From a virus: a stretch of DNA of 64,000 bases. The position numbers were made by a program, and so were the translations under genes. Location: the IMG/VR virus record IMGVR_UViG_3300018059_000013; one strand, 5' to 3'. Below, piece by piece: positions 44,273 through 53,495 of the stretch (within the stretch, counting starts at the first letter, position 1; each line of letters opens with the position of its first letter). The notes under the pieces are model-generated. The model worked only from the letters and a program-made list of their open reading frames with translations, was not told the DNA's origin and searched no databases.

Positions 44273-45426
44273 TCTGTCTCGGGCGGAACTTCGTAGATCT
44301 TGTTGGCGATCTCGAGCTCCTTCTGTTCCTCGTATGTCAGGATGCCCGTTTCACCCTTGCCGACGTGGTAGACGGCTTCTTGCCAGAGCTCCTTGCGATT
44401 GCCGTGTAGGAAGTCGAAGTCGAGCCGTTGGGAACCATTGAGTTTCACGACCCACAACCGACGATTAAACGCGGGATCCGTGATGAACTGCATGGGGTTC
44501 GAAGTCGCCGCGAAACCCTGGCGAAGAGCGTACCGCTGGGGCTTCCTCGCCCAAGGCAATCGGACGTCGATGAACTGCGATGTGAGCAGCTGTTTGAAAA
44601 CATCCTGCGTCTTCGGATACGCAAGGACAGAAAGCTCGTCGAAGCAGGCGACGGTCTTTCCGACGATCGCTTCCTGAAACTTCTGCGGGCTCTTAATGTC
44701 GCACAGGATCTCTCCCGTGCGCGCCTCGAAGGGTTCGGGCAAGAGCTCTCTGAAGAACCTCGTCTTACCGACGCCTGCCGGACCCTGGAAGACGAAGCAT
44801 CCGTCGTGTGACGATCCGGGTTCGAGCGCCCGCTTGGCCGTTCCGATGATCCATTTGCGGAACAACCGATTCGCGGCGGGAACATCATCAGCAGCGATCG
44901 CCGTGCCGAACGCTCTGGGCAGGAACGTGTCGATGACGCTGGTCTTGCTCGGGTCCCAGCCTGCGAACTCCTGCTTGAATTTCAGCGAAGTGAAGTCGCT
45001 TACCTCCAGGTCGTCCAGAGCATTCTCGAGGTGACCTCGAAGCGCCGGGCTATTGATTCCGGTCTGCTTGCTGATCATGGTGATGATGTCGAGCTTGGTC
45101 TTGGGCAGAATGGGATTTCCATCGAAGTAGACCTGCCCGTTCTCCTCATCCTTCATGAGCATGCCCTTCACGGCGGGGCTGTTCGTGAGCCATTCATGGA
45201 CGAAGATGGCGGAAGATTTGAAGACGATGTTCTCCTTCTTGTCCATGGTGAAGTGGACGGTGTCGTATCCGACCTTTCCCGCTGCTTCCTTGCGAGCTTG
45301 ATCTAGGGTCTTGGCGAAGTAGTTTCCAATGAGACCCTTTGCCTTCTTCTTGATTTCACCCGTGATGAGAGACTTACCCGTTGAGAGCAACATCTTGCCC
45401 ACGATGTCTCCGATTCCCTTCGCCAT
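44269..45426 (-). CDS. D5 / P4-primase C-terminal-type P-loop NTPase (SF3 helicase-like, 385 aa)
   Basis: Walker A FQGPAGVGKTRF, Walker B VACFDE, downstream ATSNP (sensor-like); the domain order resembles phage/plasmid primase-helicase C-terminal NTPases. Confidence 0.7.
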   Translation of the reverse strand: MAKGIGDIVGKMLLSTGKSLITGEIKKKAKGLIGNYFAKTLDQARKEAAGKVGYDTVHFTMDKKENIVFKSSAIFVHEWLTNSPAVKGMLMKDEENGQVYFDGNPILPKTKLDIITMISKQTGINSPALRGHLENALDDLEVSDFTSLKFKQEFAGWDPSKTSVIDTFLPRAFGTAIAADDVPAANRLFRKWIIGTAKRALEPGSSHDGCFVFQGPAGVGKTRFFRELLPEPFEARTGEILCDIKSPQKFQEAIVGKTVACFDELSVLAYPKTQDVFKQLLTSQFIDVRLPWARKPQRYALRQGFAATSNPMQFITDPAFNRRLWVVKLNGSQRLDFDFLHGNRKELWQEAVYHVGKGETGILTYEEQKELEIANKIYEVPPETE

Positions 45427-45432
45427 GTTATT

Positions 45433-45783
45433 CTACTTTCTTCTTCCAGAGTACTCGAAGAAAATCTCTTCGTATTCGCAGGAAGAATGGAAGTCTTCCC
45501 ACTTGCCAGAACCCAGGACGATCCTACGACATCCGGGAATGATCCGGTTTGCCTCGATGAGAGCACGATTGAGTCCTGTGCAGACACCACTCATCTCTCT
45601 AGCTAACCTCATGATGTCCACAAAGGTCGGGTTCCCCTGAAATTCGACCATGAGAGGTCGGTAATCGAAGCAGAACACGATATCTTCGGGGCGGAAGGCT
45701 CGAACGATGTAATGCGCTTGATCCTGATTCATCGAAATGCTCGTCAGTCCCGAAGCGTCCATCAAAAATGCGGTGGACATCAC
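45433..45783 (-). CDS. degenerate vWA-like protein (116 aa), tandem paralog of 45780..46304
   Basis: Aligns with the neighbouring vWA protein, but the MIDAS motif DxSxS is replaced by DASG and TGGTDL by GVCTGL. Confidence 0.5.
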   Translation of the reverse strand: MMSTAFLMDASGLTSISMNQDQAHYIVRAFRPEDIVFCFDYRPLMVEFQGNPTFVDIMRLAREMSGVCTGLNRALIEANRIIPGCRRIVLGSGKWEDFHSSCEYEEIFFEYSGRRK

Positions 45784-46304
45784 TTCACCCGGTATTGACG
45801 AAGACTGTTCTTACTATAGACACTGAAGGGAGCATGCGTCTTTTTCATCCACCCATCGGGGACGATGTCTGCAGCATCACTGTTGTGGACGAAGATCACG
45901 AGATCGTAATCGAATTCCTTGTTCAGGCTCTCGTGGTTGCCGTCCGATAGGACGAAGAGTTTCCCATCGGGGGACATCTTCCGTGCGTACAGAATCGCCT
46001 GGCGGAGGTCCGTCCCTCCGGTCTGGGTCTTGCGCACATTGATGATGTCTTCGTACGTCGGATTTCCGAGGAACGAAACTGCGAAGGACGTATGATGCCA
46101 GCCCACCACGCAGTCACCGGGACGGAAGCGATGGGAGATGTATCTCGCCATGTCCATGAACATGCTACCCGATGTGCTGCCCGAGTAATCGATGAGAAAC
46201 ACGGTCTTTTCGTTGTTTTCCATAATGTCTACTTTCCTTCGTTCCAGGCACCCACGAGCGGAAGAACGATGATCGTTTTGAGAGAAACTTTCGACTCGAT
46301 CCAC
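45780..46304 (-). CDS. von Willebrand factor A (vWA) domain protein with an intact MIDAS motif (174 aa)
   Basis: VFLIDYSGSTSGS (DxSxS), TGGTDLRQAI, and LSDGN at the end of the domain. Confidence 0.6.
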   Translation of the reverse strand: MDRVESFSQNDHRSSARGCLERRKVDIMENNEKTVFLIDYSGSTSGSMFMDMARYISHRFRPGDCVVGWHHTSFAVSFLGNPTYEDIINVRKTQTGGTDLRQAILYARKMSPDGKLFVLSDGNHESLNKEFDYDLVIFVHNSDAADIVPDGWMKKTHAPFSVYSKNSLRQYRVK

Positions 46305-46591
46305 GCCTTTACCTTCTCACGGTCGAGATCGGTGCAATGGACATTCTTGTAGTGCATCTTACCGTTCGACTTACGTCGGGTCGGCACGCACTTGGTGACG
46401 AATTGTTCCATGCGCTCGCTGCTGGTGCAACCGCCGCTACCGAGATCGTTAGCCTCAAGGTACTCGAGGAATTCGTCGAGGAAATCGTCGACCTCGCTCT
46501 CGGAGAGCAGAGGGAAGAACACGCACAGGATTTCGAATCCCTTGTAGTCGAATTCACGGAGGTGTTTTTTCTTTCGGAGCCTGCGATTCAT
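46229..46591 (-). CDS. YggL (DUF469)-family protein
   Basis: MNRRLRKKKHLREFDYKGFEI...DDFLDEFLEYLEANDLGSGG matches the YggL N-terminal signature RRLRKKLH..EF..GF. Confidence 0.6.
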   Translation of the reverse strand: MNRRLRKKKHLREFDYKGFEILCVFFPLLSESEVDDFLDEFLEYLEANDLGSGGCTSSERMEQFVTKCVPTRRKSNGKMHYKNVHCTDLDREKVKAWIESKVSLKTIIVLPLVGAWNEGK

Positions 46592-46863
46592 CACAACCAC
46601 TCATCCTTGACGAACATCCATTCGCTGCGAAATTTGCCAGCAGGCGTCAGAACCCGACCCGTCCAACAATCATACTGATCGTTGTACTTGGTGCAAACAT
46701 CGACGACTAACATGATCTCGTCCGGCATCATGCTATTTTGATCACATTTGATGATGAAAACATCGCCGAGCTGCGGAGGGTTCGATTGAGATCGAACTGT
46801 TGAATTGAATCTTCGGATCACATCCGCTCCCAATCGCTCATCGTCCAATCCCAAGGATTCCAA
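46591..46863 (-). CDS. small-family protein (90 aa, QLGDVFII)
   Basis: ORF only. Confidence 0.35.
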   Translation of the reverse strand: MESLGLDDERLGADVIRRFNSTVRSQSNPPQLGDVFIIKCDQNSMMPDEIMLVVDVCTKYNDQYDCWTGRVLTPAGKFRSEWMFVKDEWL

Positions 46864-47084
46864 AGGTTCGAATCTCTTCTGAGAATGAACCTTCCGACAG
46901 TTCCATTGTTCATGAGAACGTCTGCTTCGTAGTAATTCGTCTGGGAAAGAACAAGGAGAATGTCTACGCGAGTTTTGGTCCCGGGCCGTTTCTTCGGCTT
47001 CTTGGGAATGTAGACGAGTATGTCTCCTGCTTTAACGTCTATGCCCAGCTTCGAATTCATTCGACTACTCTGATTCCTCCGCAC
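46818..47084 (-). CDS. small-family protein (88 aa, KAGDILVYI)
   Basis: ORF only. Confidence 0.35.
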   Translation of the reverse strand: MRRNQSSRMNSKLGIDVKAGDILVYIPKKPKKRPGTKTRVDILLVLSQTNYYEADVLMNNGTVGRFILRRDSNLWNPWDWTMSDWERM

Positions 47085-47290
47085 AAGGAGACGATAGAGA
47101 TCTTATCTCCTCTCAGGAGCTCGAAGCGCTGGTACTTGTGCGTTACCGACTGCCACTTGCCTAGAGAACTCAATCGAAGAAGGTATTCTTCTGGCTCAAT
47201 CTCTGATTGGGCTTGCTGCCACCAGTATGGATAACTGTAGATGCGGCAGAGTTCTCCGGGCTCAAGGCTTTCGATGCGACAGATTCTCAC
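47057..47290 (-). CDS. hypothetical small protein (77 aa)
   Basis: ORF only. Confidence 0.3.
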   Translation of the reverse strand: MRICRIESLEPGELCRIYSYPYWWQQAQSEIEPEEYLLRLSSLGKWQSVTHKYQRFELLRGDKISIVSLCGGIRVVE

Positions 47291-47544
47291 GGATTCTTTT
47301 CTAGATAGAGCTCGTCGCGTCTCGACTGGATGTGCTCACGGAGAGGACCACCGGTCGTATGACCGTATAGGATCATCCAATCGTCGATCTTCTTGTAGTT
47401 GTTAGAACGCAGCGCTTCACGCAAATCATCGAACTTGCGATCGGTCTTGAGTTGATTCTTCTTGAAGCGGGACAGGAGGAAGTACCCTCCGAATCCTGTT
47501 CCTCCGAGGAGTGCCAGCAGAACGAGGAACTCTGCGAAGATCAT
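47287..47544 (-). CDS. small membrane protein (85 aa, N-terminal TM)
   Basis: FLVLLALLGGTGFGGYFLL. Confidence 0.4.
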   Translation of the reverse strand: MIFAEFLVLLALLGGTGFGGYFLLSRFKKNQLKTDRKFDDLREALRSNNYKKIDDWMILYGHTTGGPLREHIQSRRDELYLEKNP

Positions 47545-48467
47545 TTCTTGGGGGTGATCTGAAGGATGAAGTTGGGATTCTGCGGGACCATGACGGACCC
47601 ACCCTTCTCGGCGGCGTAGGCGTACACGTCGCGGACGTAGTATTCGGGATTGCGATGCAGCGCCGCCCCAATGATGTCGATCTTCTTGGCGGTGGCCTGC
47701 GCTTCGACGTCCTGCTTCACGATGTCGAGCTTGGCCGTTTCGATCTCGGCCTGCACCTTCTCGCGCTCGGCGATCGCCTTGTCTTTCAGGACGGCCTGGG
47801 TCGCCCGGTCGGTGTTGGCGTGGACCAGCTGCTCCGGAAAGCTGAGGTTAGAGAGATTGAGACCGTAGACGGTCACGAAGTTTCCCTCCACCTTTGCGAG
47901 TTGGTCGGTGAACTTCTTCTTGATCTGCTCGAAGATTTCATCTCGTCGTGCATTGACGTCATTTGCGATGACCGGAGACACTGCCTCGCGAACCGCCTCA
48001 CCGAGAGCGGGCCGGATGTAGGTGTTGTAGACCTGTCGACTCGTGATGGTGAGTTCGGGATGCGGCTCGATCGGGTCAGAGTTATCGTCCTTCGGAGCTT
48101 TGGGATCGACCGCGCGGGCGTTGCCGGGGGAGAGCGTGCTGAGGAGACCTTTAATGGCATCTTCGTTATCGCAGTTCGCGCTGAACCTGACGTAGATGTC
48201 GAGGTTGAACTGGACACTGTCTTTCGTCATCGCGTTGAGAGGTTCCTTGATGGTGCGCTGCCCGCAATCGACCATGCGAACTTCGGGGTAGATTGACGTG
48301 AAGTAGGTGCCGGGTCCGAGGATGGGACCCTCGAATCCCTTTCCGCCCGAGTAGAAAGCCAGCCAACCCGTCTTGTCGAACATTCGACCTTTGTGCGCCT
48401 GCGGCACGTCTTGGCTCGAACATCCGACTGCGAGCGCTGCGAAAGCGAGGATACCTAGTCTTCTCAT
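47541..48467 (-). CDS. SPFH/Band-7 (HflK/C, stomatin-like) domain lipoprotein
   Basis: Internal ATG at 48467 gives the lipoprotein signal MRRLGILAFAALAVGC (lipobox AVGC). SPFH core TKDSVQFNLDIYVRF...IRPALGEAVREAVS...FVTVYGLNLSNLSFP. The listed N-terminal extension is R-rich junk. Confidence 0.7.
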   Translation of the reverse strand: MRRLGILAFAALAVGCSSQDVPQAHKGRMFDKTGWLAFYSGGKGFEGPILGPGTYFTSIYPEVRMVDCGQRTIKEPLNAMTKDSVQFNLDIYVRFSANCDNEDAIKGLLSTLSPGNARAVDPKAPKDDNSDPIEPHPELTITSRQVYNTYIRPALGEAVREAVSPVIANDVNARRDEIFEQIKKKFTDQLAKVEGNFVTVYGLNLSNLSFPEQLVHANTDRATQAVLKDKAIAEREKVQAEIETAKLDIVKQDVEAQATAKKIDIIGAALHRNPEYYVRDVYAYAAEKGGSVMVPQNPNFILQITPKK

Positions 48468-48478
48468 TTGATCGACTC

Positions 48479-48700
48479 CTAACGTATGATCTGCCAACCA
48501 TATCCCGTCCAATGTCGGACAAGATAGTATTCGTTTTCTTCGATAGATCCATCGCCGTGGACGTAGATAATCCCCCATTCGAACGTTCCCACGACAAGCA
48601 GCCTCACTTTGTGGGCGGTCATATGATCGTTCTCTATAATGTCCCCGACTTCTACCTGAAAATCTACTGGGACGTCTGCGTGCGACCTGTACACACTCAT
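48479..48700 (-). CDS. small-family protein (73 aa, VGDIIE)
   Basis: ORF only. Confidence 0.35.
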   Translation of the reverse strand: MSVYRSHADVPVDFQVEVGDIIENDHMTAHKVRLLVVGTFEWGIIYVHGDGSIEENEYYLVRHWTGYGWQIIR

Positions 48701-48960
48701 GAAGATCTGTACGGACCGTTCTTAGGAAGAACTTTCCTAACGTCAAGGACGTCAAGCGCGCTCAGGCACAGCCTTTTAATCCCGGGTCGAAGATGGCTTC
48801 CGTAGACGTTGTCTCTCAGCTCGCTCGTATCGAGCGTGCCCCATACGAGCTTCATTGCTTCGAGGGGTTCGCGCTCCTCATCCATGATGTACTCTTCGAG
48901 AGTCTTCTCTAGGTACGCGATGTGCACCATCCTGATAGCACGATTCACTTCGTCCTCCAA
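48697..48960 (-). CDS. hypothetical protein (87 aa)
   Basis: ORF only. Confidence 0.4.
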   Translation of the reverse strand: MEDEVNRAIRMVHIAYLEKTLEEYIMDEEREPLEAMKLVWGTLDTSELRDNVYGSHLRPGIKRLCLSALDVLDVRKVLPKNGPYRSS

Positions 48961-48993
48961 ATATTCGAGGTCATCAGGTATGTTCGTCAGTGT

Positions 48994-49491
48994 TCAGTCG
49001 ATATCGTCGTCGTACGATCTTGGACTAGGACGCGGTTTCTTCATGATGAAACAGTATCCTCTGATTGTCTTTATCTTGCACCAGTCGTACGTTGCTACGC
49101 ACCCTGCGATAGCCAATAATGCGAGGATGACCTGCGTGCCGAGGATCGGCCTCCGGATGAGCAGGAAATCGAAGTCGTATATCACGGACACTCGATGCGA
49201 TTTGAGACCTTCTCCTCCGACGTAATGGATGAAGACGTCGTAGTGTTCCGAAGAACTTTGAAAGCTTTGTTCTTTGCCTGCGATGACGCGAGGGGTGCGA
49301 AATTTCTTCGTGTACCCGGTAACTACCCGTTTTTCGATTTGAAGTAATAGATCGGGCTGTTTCCGTGCCTCGTATTTGTAGATGAGCTTGCTGATCCAGC
49401 AGAGGTATTCTTTTCTGACAAGATCGAATTCGATGATCTGCCCGTTCTTGGGTCGAACCCAGCTCCAAATCTTGTCAGCGTCGAATTTCAT
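48994..49491 (-). CDS. hypothetical protein with a C-terminal TM segment (165 aa)
   Basis: ORF only. Confidence 0.45.
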   Translation of the reverse strand: MKFDADKIWSWVRPKNGQIIEFDLVRKEYLCWISKLIYKYEARKQPDLLLQIEKRVVTGYTKKFRTPRVIAGKEQSFQSSSEHYDVFIHYVGGEGLKSHRVSVIYDFDFLLIRRPILGTQVILALLAIAGCVATYDWCKIKTIRGYCFIMKKPRPSPRSYDDDID

Positions 49492-49525
49492 CTATCGAAC
49501 TTTCTGGCAGTTCTGAATGGACAAA

Positions 49526-49549
49526 GGGTTCGGGAGTACTCCCGAACCC
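49526..49549. terminator. perfect GC-rich hairpin GGGTTCGGGAGTACTCCCGAACCC, candidate terminator after gene 49571..50491
   Basis: 10-bp perfect stem 22 nt downstream of the stop; flanked by a T-rich run on the plus strand and a weak U-run (UUUGU) on the minus-strand transcript. Confidence 0.4.
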
Positions 49550-49570
49550 TTCCTTCCCATTTTGGATGAT

Positions 49571-50491
49571 CTAGACGAATCCCCATGAGATCCACGTCTT
49601 CGTGGATTCGTCGTAGTACGCGGTCTCTCCTGAGAAATCGACGTGGAACTTGTACTTGCCCTTTTGATCGGAACCGACTCCCTGGAGGAATTCGGGATCG
49701 CTCGGCAACGATACCATATACTCGGAGTCGATGTCTTCGACGAGGTTCTTCTCCGACTGTTCATCTGTGCACTCGGACTGCTCTTTCCAGTACTTCACAA
49801 GAGCCACGAATGCCTCGGGATCGAGCTTTCTGAATCCGGCGGGGCTCATGCGAGAGTGATGCCGCTCGGCGTATTGGTAGAACGGTGAGGACAGTTTCTT
49901 CACCAATTCGAGTCCGTCCGGAGACTTGAGAAAGCCGATGATGCCTTCACGAGCTACGGCCGCCGTGTAGTCGGGCCCGAGCGACAACATCGCTCGGGCC
50001 TCGGCATCGTCAACCTCTGGGTCTCCTCGACAATCTTCCCAACGAAATTCTGCCAGTATCGTCCTGATGAGACCTGCTCCCATGACCCTCAAGGACTCGA
50101 TCCCTGTGACACGGATGTCTTCCGGCATCGTCGACTTTTCGACGTATTTCTTGGTGGCAGGAACGCTCTCCATGATGCCATCGAGGTACGAATCTCGAAT
50201 GGTGAACTGCACGTAGATTTCGGGACCTTCTTCTCGGTCCGCGTCAGCATTCTCGATGGTCGCTCGAAGTTCGGGGGAGCAGAATTCGTACGTGCCCGCT
50301 CCCTTGAAGCCGGCGTCGACCAGAGCTTCCTGCAGCTTTTGAAAGAACGGAGCAAAGTACTCCATCGTCGGATACGGAGGATTGGGAACTGCGACCTTGC
50401 CGGTTTCGTCGGGGTCTTCGGAGTCGAGACCCTCCTCACCGAGATAGTGTTGGAAAGCGGCGATCGCTGGGAACTTGCTGTAGGAATTCAC
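49571..50491 (-). CDS. hypothetical protein (306 aa)
   Basis: Long, protein-like ORF. Confidence 0.5.
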   Translation of the reverse strand: MNSYSKFPAIAAFQHYLGEEGLDSEDPDETGKVAVPNPPYPTMEYFAPFFQKLQEALVDAGFKGAGTYEFCSPELRATIENADADREEGPEIYVQFTIRDSYLDGIMESVPATKKYVEKSTMPEDIRVTGIESLRVMGAGLIRTILAEFRWEDCRGDPEVDDAEARAMLSLGPDYTAAVAREGIIGFLKSPDGLELVKKLSSPFYQYAERHHSRMSPAGFRKLDPEAFVALVKYWKEQSECTDEQSEKNLVEDIDSEYMVSLPSDPEFLQGVGSDQKGKYKFHVDFSGETAYYDESTKTWISWGFV

Positions 50492-50685
50492 GACATCCTC
50501 CGCAGGATCTCTGTCTTGATGAGCGCATAGCGCTCTGTCGCCAGGCTGAGATCTGCCAGGTCCGTCTTGCCTTCGATCGTTCCCATCGTCGTCCCGAGCC
50601 TTGCGCCCTTCTGACGAATGGAGTTGATGCTTTCTTCGAAAACTTGCATCAGATCACCTATACTCAACTTCTTCAAATCTTCCAT
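50488..50685 (-). CDS. hypothetical small protein (65 aa)
   Basis: GGAGG Shine-Dalgarno 6 nt upstream of the ATG. Confidence 0.4.
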   Translation of the reverse strand: MEDLKKLSIGDLMQVFEESINSIRQKGARLGTTMGTIEGKTDLADLSLATERYALIKTEILRRMS

Positions 50686-50865
50686 CGCGATGACCTCCTC
50701 AGATCAATTTGATGATGTTTGGTTGCCCTACCAGCTGCATGGACCGTGGGTGTCGCTTATGAAGAACCAACGAATCCGATCGAAGATAACCTTCAGACAC
50801 TTCATGTGCTCTCTTTGATTCTCGTGGGGAAGTCCGCTTTCACGATACCATAAACCCCAACTTGG

Positions 50866-50898
50866 TTTATTGTACCATGGGTTGCATCACAGTTCATC
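50866..50898 (-). promoter_or_regulatory. conserved promoter motif, instance 9 (GATGAACT...TGGTACAAT)
   Basis: Reverse complement reads GATGAACTGTGATGCAACCCATGGTACAATAAACC. Confidence 0.55.
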
Positions 50899-50993
50899 AA
50901 ACAGAAAATGCATCTTCTTGATGGAGTCTCTCAAGGGAAGAACGATTCTCCACAGCATGATGATGTGAATTTTTCTGCTCCATGAGAGACGAG

Positions 50994-51308
50994 CTACGGT
51001 GATAGCACGAATGACTGCGCTGTTGTAGGGAGAGAACATCGAATCTCCTCAAGGATAAGATCGGATCTGTTGAAACAGATGCTGCACACGTTCCCACGAA
51101 GAAACACGAGGAACGACCATGTGTCTTCGAAGAGTTCTCTATCAGAGAGCTTTGCGTACGAGAACTCTTCGAAGACCAGCATGATCTCTCCCTTCTCTAG
51201 GGTGAGAGAGGGTTCATCTAGAAGAGAGCAATCGCACTTCAATGATCGGTGACAGGCCACCGTATGACGTTGTACGTCATGCAATTTCTTCCTGAAGGAG
51301 TAGATCAT
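50994..51308 (-). CDS. small-family protein (104 aa, LEKGEIMLV)
   Basis: ORF only. Confidence 0.35.
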   Translation of the reverse strand: MIYSFRKKLHDVQRHTVACHRSLKCDCSLLDEPSLTLEKGEIMLVFEEFSYAKLSDRELFEDTWSFLVFLRGNVCSICFNRSDLILEEIRCSLPTTAQSFVLSP

Positions 51309-51517
51309 AGCAGCTCCGAGTCGTTAGTCCAGGAAGCCCTGTCGACGAAACGTATGCTATGTCCGAACTTGTCTAACCAGATAGCATGGCCTCGTTCGTC
51401 CGGATCTGAAATGAGGAGGTAAATTGCGTTACCGGTAGAGCACGGTACCCTAATCACATCTCCCTTCTTCCAAGTTCCCTGCAACTTTCCCATGTTCGAC
51501 ATGTAGCCGTCTTTCAA
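51305..51517 (-). CDS. small-family protein (70 aa, KKGDVIRV)
   Basis: ORF only. Confidence 0.35.
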   Translation of the reverse strand: MKDGYMSNMGKLQGTWKKGDVIRVPCSTGNAIYLLISDPDERGHAIWLDKFGHSIRFVDRASWTNDSELL

Positions 51518-52011
51518 GATGCTTTCTTCGCTTCGACCACTTCTCTTTCCTTCACGATCAGGTAGAGGCTTCCCAGCTTTTCCTCGAGGAAACGAAGATG
51601 GAGCTTGGTCCGCATCAGGTCATCCTTCAGCTCGAGCATCTCGAGGGCTTCGATGAGATCTTCCTTCGACTCTGCTCTGATGACGGGTGGAGCGGACAGG
51701 TCGAACCCGTAGCACTGCTCCCTGGTTTCGTCCCACAAGGAGACGTAGCCACCCTCCTCATCGTAGTTGACGACAGTACCCAGGTGGAGCTCGGTCTTGC
51801 CGTTGAGAGTTCTTTCGAAGACGACCCTTCCTTTCATCTTAACAATGAACCGTCCCTCGAAGATAGCCGGAGGAAGAATGTCCATGTCGACCTTGACCTT
51901 CCTCTTGCGAGAGGTGAAGACCTTCTTCTTTTCCTTTGCTTTTCGCATCATGGGAACACTCTCATCGTTTCTTCGGTGAAGATAGTCTCTTGGGCTCTGG
52001 GGTGACGCCAT
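51514..52011 (-). CDS. hypothetical protein (165 aa)
   Basis: ORF only. Confidence 0.45.
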   Translation of the reverse strand: MASPQSPRDYLHRRNDESVPMMRKAKEKKKVFTSRKRKVKVDMDILPPAIFEGRFIVKMKGRVVFERTLNGKTELHLGTVVNYDEEGGYVSLWDETREQCYGFDLSAPPVIRAESKEDLIEALEMLELKDDLMRTKLHLRFLEEKLGSLYLIVKEREVVEAKKAS

Positions 52012-52222
52012 CCATCAGAAATGGAGAAGACATCTCGGTCTTCATTTGTTCGCAGGAAATTCTTGCGGCATCTCCCGCACCGCAGTAGCAATGATTAACG
52101 CAGCACACGTTGCAGTATCCGCTACTGCACGGACATCTCCATGCTCGGCAGACTTTACTTCTGCATACGGGTACGGGCGTCCACCAGAATCCGATGAAGA
52201 GGAAGACGAGAAGACGGATCAT
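51962..52222 (-). CDS. secreted Cys-rich small protein (signal peptide plus 12 Cys)
   Basis: MIRLLVFLFIGFWWTPVPVC then CRAWRCPCSSGYCNVCCVNHCYCG. Confidence 0.35.
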   Translation of the reverse strand: MIRLLVFLFIGFWWTPVPVCRSKVCRAWRCPCSSGYCNVCCVNHCYCGAGDAARISCEQMKTEMSSPFLMDGVTPEPKRLSSPKKR

Positions 52223-52425
52223 TTTTCTGTTTCGACCTCAGGATCATTTCGACGAAAAAGGTACGTTGCGATCCTGTTTCCGAGAATCGTACCGATGAAG
52301 ATGCTCCAGGGATGCGCCGGCGGCATGAAAAAATAGACGAGCGCGTACGCGACGAGAGCTGAACTCACCATCGATACGACGTCAAAAATGTTGACCTTGA
52401 GAAGAATCTTAAGTGTTCGGTTCAT
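52219..52425 (-). CDS. small membrane protein (internal start MNRTLKILL)
   Basis: TM helices. Confidence 0.35.
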   Translation of the reverse strand: MNRTLKILLKVNIFDVVSMVSSALVAYALVYFFMPPAHPWSIFIGTILGNRIATYLFRRNDPEVETEK

Positions 52426-52637
52426 TGTGCCTCTGCCGGTGCCATCTGTTGAATGATGAATTCCCACACGAGAAAAGTCGGAGACCCTCTCACACACCAC
52501 GACTTCGCAGCCTTGGCGAAGCGCCAGATCGAGTCTTTATCGTATCCCTTGGACGTGAGACCCTCAACCTCCATTTTCGCAAGCTCGATGATTTCGGGAG
52601 CGTACACTTTCTTTTCTTCGACGATCTTTGCTTTCAT
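52422..52637 (-). CDS. hypothetical small protein (71 aa)
   Basis: First gene after promoter 52667..52700. Confidence 0.4.
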   Translation of the reverse strand: MKAKIVEEKKVYAPEIIELAKMEVEGLTSKGYDKDSIWRFAKAAKSWCVRGSPTFLVWEFIIQQMAPAEAQ

Positions 52638-52666
52638 TTGAATCGCAAGCTACATGCTACCCATTT

Positions 52667-52700
52667 AAATTCTATCACATGGTCGATGCAGAGGTTCATC
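52667..52700 (-). promoter_or_regulatory. conserved promoter motif, instance 10 (GATGAACC...TGATAGAAT)
   Basis: Reverse complement reads GATGAACCTCTGCATCGACCATGTGATAGAATTTAAATG. Confidence 0.6.
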
Positions 52701-52828
52701 CTACGAGGATTCTACCTCCCGAGGCGCTTGCGCTCCGCCTTCTTCTTTTCGCTGTGCTTCTTGAGCATGCTGTAGATGAACGTACCGACCGAATATAGAA
52801 TGACGACAGTTTGCATTTCAATCTCCAA

Positions 52829-53035
52829 TCACAACATCACGTAACCTAATTTGAGCCAGTCTTTTCTTTGAAGCTCTTGAATGGATGTTCGATGAACGTT
52901 CGTTTGATTCAGGATCCGGCGCCAAACCCAACAAATTCCATTCTCTTCGATTCGAAGAATCAAATATACCGCGAGCATTTTTTTACTATCCTCGTCGTAC
53001 CAGGCGAATAGATCGCCTACTTCAATGTCAGACAA
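52829..53035 (-). CDS. small-family protein (68 aa, VGDLFAW)
   Basis: ORF only. Confidence 0.35.
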   Translation of the reverse strand: MSDIEVGDLFAWYDEDSKKMLAVYLILRIEENGICWVWRRILNQTNVHRTSIQELQRKDWLKLGYVML

Positions 53036-53216
53036 GGATGTAGTTCAAGTGGAACCAACTGCTCCGCAAGTAATAAGCTTCCTCAGTTGCTCTCGAAAGA
53101 TGTCCTAGCGACGTCATGAAGTAAACAGCTTTTTCGTCGACTGCCAATACCAGGAAGGAGATGAATGTACTGCGTCGGAGCACGAAAACGTCTCCGGGTT
53201 GCGTCCGATCTGTCAT
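53028..53216 (-). CDS. small-family protein (62 aa, PGDVFVL)
   Basis: ORF only. Confidence 0.35.
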   Translation of the reverse strand: MTDRTQPGDVFVLRRSTFISFLVLAVDEKAVYFMTSLGHLSRATEEAYYLRSSWFHLNYILV

Positions 53217-53446
53217 AGTCTATCTTCGATCTTCTGATATCCTCGTTTGAGCCAACCAGAATGCCACCTATACGTTTGGTCGAAGCATGTCATGTAGGTA
53301 ACGTTGTTTGCCAACACACGAACGATCAGAAAGTAGCAAGAGAGATGAGCACCCAAGCTGGGAGAGTGGAAGTAGTAAATGTCTCCCTCTCGGACCATCC
53401 TGTCCTTGATATTGCTTCCGATCTCAAAGTGATCCCACCACGGCAT
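53213..53446 (-). CDS. small-family protein (77 aa, EGDIYYF)
   Basis: AGGTGG Shine-Dalgarno; directly downstream of promoter 53461..53493. Confidence 0.4.
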   Translation of the reverse strand: MPWWDHFEIGSNIKDRMVREGDIYYFHSPSLGAHLSCYFLIVRVLANNVTYMTCFDQTYRWHSGWLKRGYQKIEDRL

Positions 53447-53460
53447 ATTCCACCCACCTT

Positions 53461-53493
53461 ATTATTGTACCACACGATTCACGTACGTTCATC
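53461..53493 (-). promoter_or_regulatory. conserved promoter motif, instance 11 (GATGAACG...TGGTACAAT)
   Basis: Reverse complement reads GATGAACGTACGTGAATCGTGTGGTACAATAATAAGG. Confidence 0.6.
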
Positions 53494-53495
53494 GA

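Noticed and set aside
48468-48755. N-terminal 96 aa of the listed 404-aa ORF (47541..48755)
   Set aside because: R/S-rich extension with no signal peptide. The internal ATG at 48467 yields a textbook lipoprotein signal directly in front of the SPFH domain.
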